From Alphaproteobacteria bacterium (lineage in GTDB: Bacteria > Pseudomonadota > Gammaproteobacteria > JAGOUN01), in the NCBI GenBank assembly GCA_021151585.1, contig JAGKWX010000002.1:5859-69858 (forward strand): a stretch of 64,000 nt of DNA. The letters run 5' to 3'. This document shows positions 61,596-64,000 of the stretch, in pieces. The translations under genes were made by a program, and so were the position numbers. Position 1 is the first letter of the stretch; each line of letters starts with the position of its first letter. A model generated the notes under the pieces. The model saw only the letters and a program-made list of their open reading frames with translations. It was not told the DNA's origin and ran no database searches.

Positions 61596-62816
61596 TTAGG
61601 AACCCGAGCCAGGATAGTAAAATAGTGTCTCAGCAACATAAATAACAAAGAAAAATGATGCCGTATTTATCATATATAAACTAAAGCGAATAAACTCCAT
61701 CAACCATTGTAGCTTTCTTTCAAGAATAATTTGGCTGATGCTGTAAATACGATCAAATGCTTGCGCAAGACTATGCGACATCGTGCCCAAGGTAATCATT
61801 TGTACTTCTGCCGCATTGAAAATTTTATACATTCGCAAAGCACTAGGAAAGGCCGAGCCTTGCTCTATCGCTAAGGACATAGCTTCAACACGCAAGCGAA
61901 AGTGCAGATTATTTACGACCGCCGCCGCCGATTTTGCACATTTTTGAACATTAGAACCACCGCGCAATAGCACTGAATACAACAACGATAAGCGTTCACG
62001 CTCCAAAGCCATAACGACGCCAGAAGCAATAGGCAAGCAACATAAACCAGCATGGTACAACCATCTTAATTTCTTTGACCAAGAAAGTACAATTTTAAGA
62101 CAACACGCCACCCCTATGGTAGTCGCCATCGTCGTCATCAAGTGCACAGATAATAGACTAGTCACGGTGTCAAAAACATCAATAACGACAGGGGGCGATT
62201 GCCTAAAAACATAAATGGCATAATTAAAGTCTGACAAGTACCGCTTCCTCAAATAGAGCAGAACAAGAAAAAACACTGCCATAAGAGATAGCTGAGGCAT
62301 AATCAGCAATAGCAAACGTCTAATAAAATAAGAGCGGCGAATGGCTTGGTCGCAATAACGTAAAATACCAGCCAGCTCTTCTTTAGACCGTGAAAAATCA
62401 ATTAAATTAATAGCAACAGTTGAAAACAATTTACTATGTTTACGCATTGCATCTGCCAAGGATAAACCATGAGCAAGATGCTGAATCATCTGATGAATGA
62501 CACGAGCTAATCGTGGATTGCTAACATGATTGGCAATTAAAAATAGGGCATTCTTTAAAGAAATATCGACAGCAAGTAAATCTGCCAATTGATAATAAAA
62601 CAAGCTCAGATCTGTTTTTCTAATCGGGACAAAAAAACTAAGAAAATGTTTGATATTAAGGCAACATGCTTGCAAAAAACCAAGGCGTCTGACGGATAAA
62701 ACTGTAATTCCAGCCGCCTGCAAGCGAAGTTCAAGCGCCGCCTCAGTATTAGCTTGGTATCTACCTTCGACTATATCTCCCTGTGGATTGCGCCCAGAAA
62801 AAGAATACCACGCCAT
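61596..62816 (-). CDS. pilC: Type II secretion/type IV pilus platform protein (GspF/PilC family)
   Basis: 406 aa. N-terminal F.....G....G.......A...L...GI.V pattern, then duplicated T2SSF-like halves with TM segments. TAATG overlap with pilB. Confidence 0.75.
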   Translation of the reverse strand: MAWYSFSGRNPQGDIVEGRYQANTEAALELRLQAAGITVLSVRRLGFLQACCLNIKHFLSFFVPIRKTDLSLFYYQLADLLAVDISLKNALFLIANHVSNPRLARVIHQMIQHLAHGLSLADAMRKHSKLFSTVAINLIDFSRSKEELAGILRYCDQAIRRSYFIRRLLLLIMPQLSLMAVFFLVLLYLRKRYLSDFNYAIYVFRQSPPVVIDVFDTVTSLLSVHLMTTMATTIGVACCLKIVLSWSKKLRWLYHAGLCCLPIASGVVMALERERLSLLYSVLLRGGSNVQKCAKSAAAVVNNLHFRLRVEAMSLAIEQGSAFPSALRMYKIFNAAEVQMITLGTMSHSLAQAFDRIYSISQIILERKLQWLMEFIRFSLYMINTASFFFVIYVAETLFYYPGSGS

Positions 62817-64000
62817 TAATCACTCTCCAAACGCATCACTTCATCCAGTGAAATAACCCCTTGCAATGCCAAACTAAATGCATAATCTAATAATCGACGC
62901 CCATGCATGGCTTCATCAACCAAGGCCATATACTCTGCAATCTCATTAAGCGACAAACATGAAATCATCTTTGGCGTCATGTGCAATATTTCAAAAACAG
63001 CCTCACGTTGCAAAAATCCAGTATGCTGACAGTAATGACAACCCTTGCCTCGGTAAAATTGTGCAGAATCATGCACTAGACCGTGATGTTTTTTCAAGAA
63101 TGCCTGCTCAGCATCGCTAAGAATGTGCACTTCTTTGCAATTAACACAAATCTTTTTTACTAAGCGCTGAGAAACCATTAAACGCAACGCTGAGGCTAAT
63201 AAATACGGATCAACCTTTAAATTCAGCAAACGAATAGGTATTTCAGCCACGCCTCGCGCATGAACCGTTGATAAGACTAAGTGGCCGGTAATTGCTGCGC
63301 GCACAGCCATATTTGCCGTGATTTCATCACGAATTTCGCCAAGCATAATAACATCAGGGTCTTGCCTTAGCGCCGAACGCAAGCCATCAGCAAAACCATA
63401 ATGAATAGTTTCATTAACCTGTATTTGATTAGTGCCGGGAATTTTTGCCTCTACAGGATCTTCTAAGGTGATGATTTTCTTATCAGGCGTATTAATTTCT
63501 TGAATAGCACTATAAAGCGTCGTAGTCTTGCCACTACCTGTAGGACCAGAAATCAAAAACATTCCATAACTTCTTTTCAAATATTCTTCAATTTCGTGCC
63601 GATAGGACAGTTGAGTGATTCTGTCTCGAAGTATATACGAGTCTGAGTTACCTAAAAGACGTATGACCACTGACTGGCCATCACATGTCGGCATAAAAGA
63701 AATTCTCATATTAACATCTTCTTTGCCTATCATAATCGCGACTTTTTTGCCTTCGGTAGGCCTCTGATCCTGAGTAATATCAACATCTGATAACAACTTA
63801 AAATAACGCACCAAATGGTTGCCTATAGCAAGATTTTCTAAGGCATACTGCTGCAAGACGCCATCTATTCGCAAACGAATGATTACCGAACACGAACTGG
63901 TTTCAATATGAATATCAGATGCTTCAATTTCCATGGCATCTTTAATAATCAGAAAAGCTAATTCTGATAATTTATCATCCTCATGATCAATCAGGGCAAG
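62816..64000 (-). CDS. pilB: Type II/IV secretion ATPase (GspE/PilB family); the 5' end lies beyond the right window edge
   Basis: ASDIHIE, Walker A GPTGSGKTTT, Asp box, Walker B MLGEIRD, His box TGHLVLSTVH, tetracysteine CVNC...CHYC. The frame stays open to nt 64000 (LALIDHEDDKLSELAFLIIKDA upstream of the first Met). Confidence 0.85.
   Translation of the reverse strand, partial: LALIDHEDDKLSELAFLIIKDAMEIEASDIHIETSSCSVIIRLRIDGVLQQYALENLAIGNHLVRYFKLLSDVDITQDQRPTEGKKVAIMIGKEDVNMRISFMPTCDGQSVVIRLLGNSDSYILRDRITQLSYRHEIEEYLKRSYGMFLISGPTGSGKTTTLYSAIQEINTPDKKIITLEDPVEAKIPGTNQIQVNETIHYGFADGLRSALRQDPDVIMLGEIRDEITANMAVRAAITGHLVLSTVHARGVAEIPIRLLNLKVDPYLLASALRLMVSQRLVKKICVNCKEVHILSDAEQAFLKKHHGLVHDSAQFYRGKGCHYCQHTGFLQREAVFEILHMTPKMISCLSLNEIAEYMALVDEAMHGRRLLDYAFSLALQGVISLDEVMRLESD

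Overview
This is a 64-kb chromosomal segment from an AT-rich gammaproteobacterium of Legionellales type; that diagnosis rests on intact Dot/Icm type IVB secretion genes. Most of the window is ordinary housekeeping: murA, rpsT, ndk, rlmN, murJ, dacA-ybeD-lipB, purA, hflKC, hfq, rph, mutS, priA, glyQS, efp/epmA, engB and uvrD, plus two tRNA-Lys genes. I found no CRISPR array, IS element, integrase, prophage or recognisable defence system. The non-core content is as follows.

1. A compact 7.7-kb Dot/Icm sub-cluster at about 29.2-36.9 kb: icmQ, an icmR-position ORF, icmS, icmT | dotD, dotC, dotB | icmV | icmW, an extra ORF, icmX. It is wedged between hfq and rph-mutS and lacks dotA and icmP/icmO at their usual positions.
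2. A lipid A aminoarabinose (arn) pathway split into two loci. ArnA is present as the decarboxylase domain only, and a WecD-like N-acetyltransferase is coupled to arnC-arnD.
3. A DedA-PAP2 fusion membrane protein.
4. An EmrAB-OMF tripartite efflux operon.
5. At the right edge, a pilB-pilC pair facing two paralogous secreted proteins. These look like type IV pilin head domains carrying an ordinary Sec signal peptide instead of the prepilin leader and transmembrane helix. I consider this the most unusual thing in the window.
6. Several orphan ORFs, which are possible Dot/Icm substrates.

All homology statements come from reading the translations against remembered family motifs; no searches were run.
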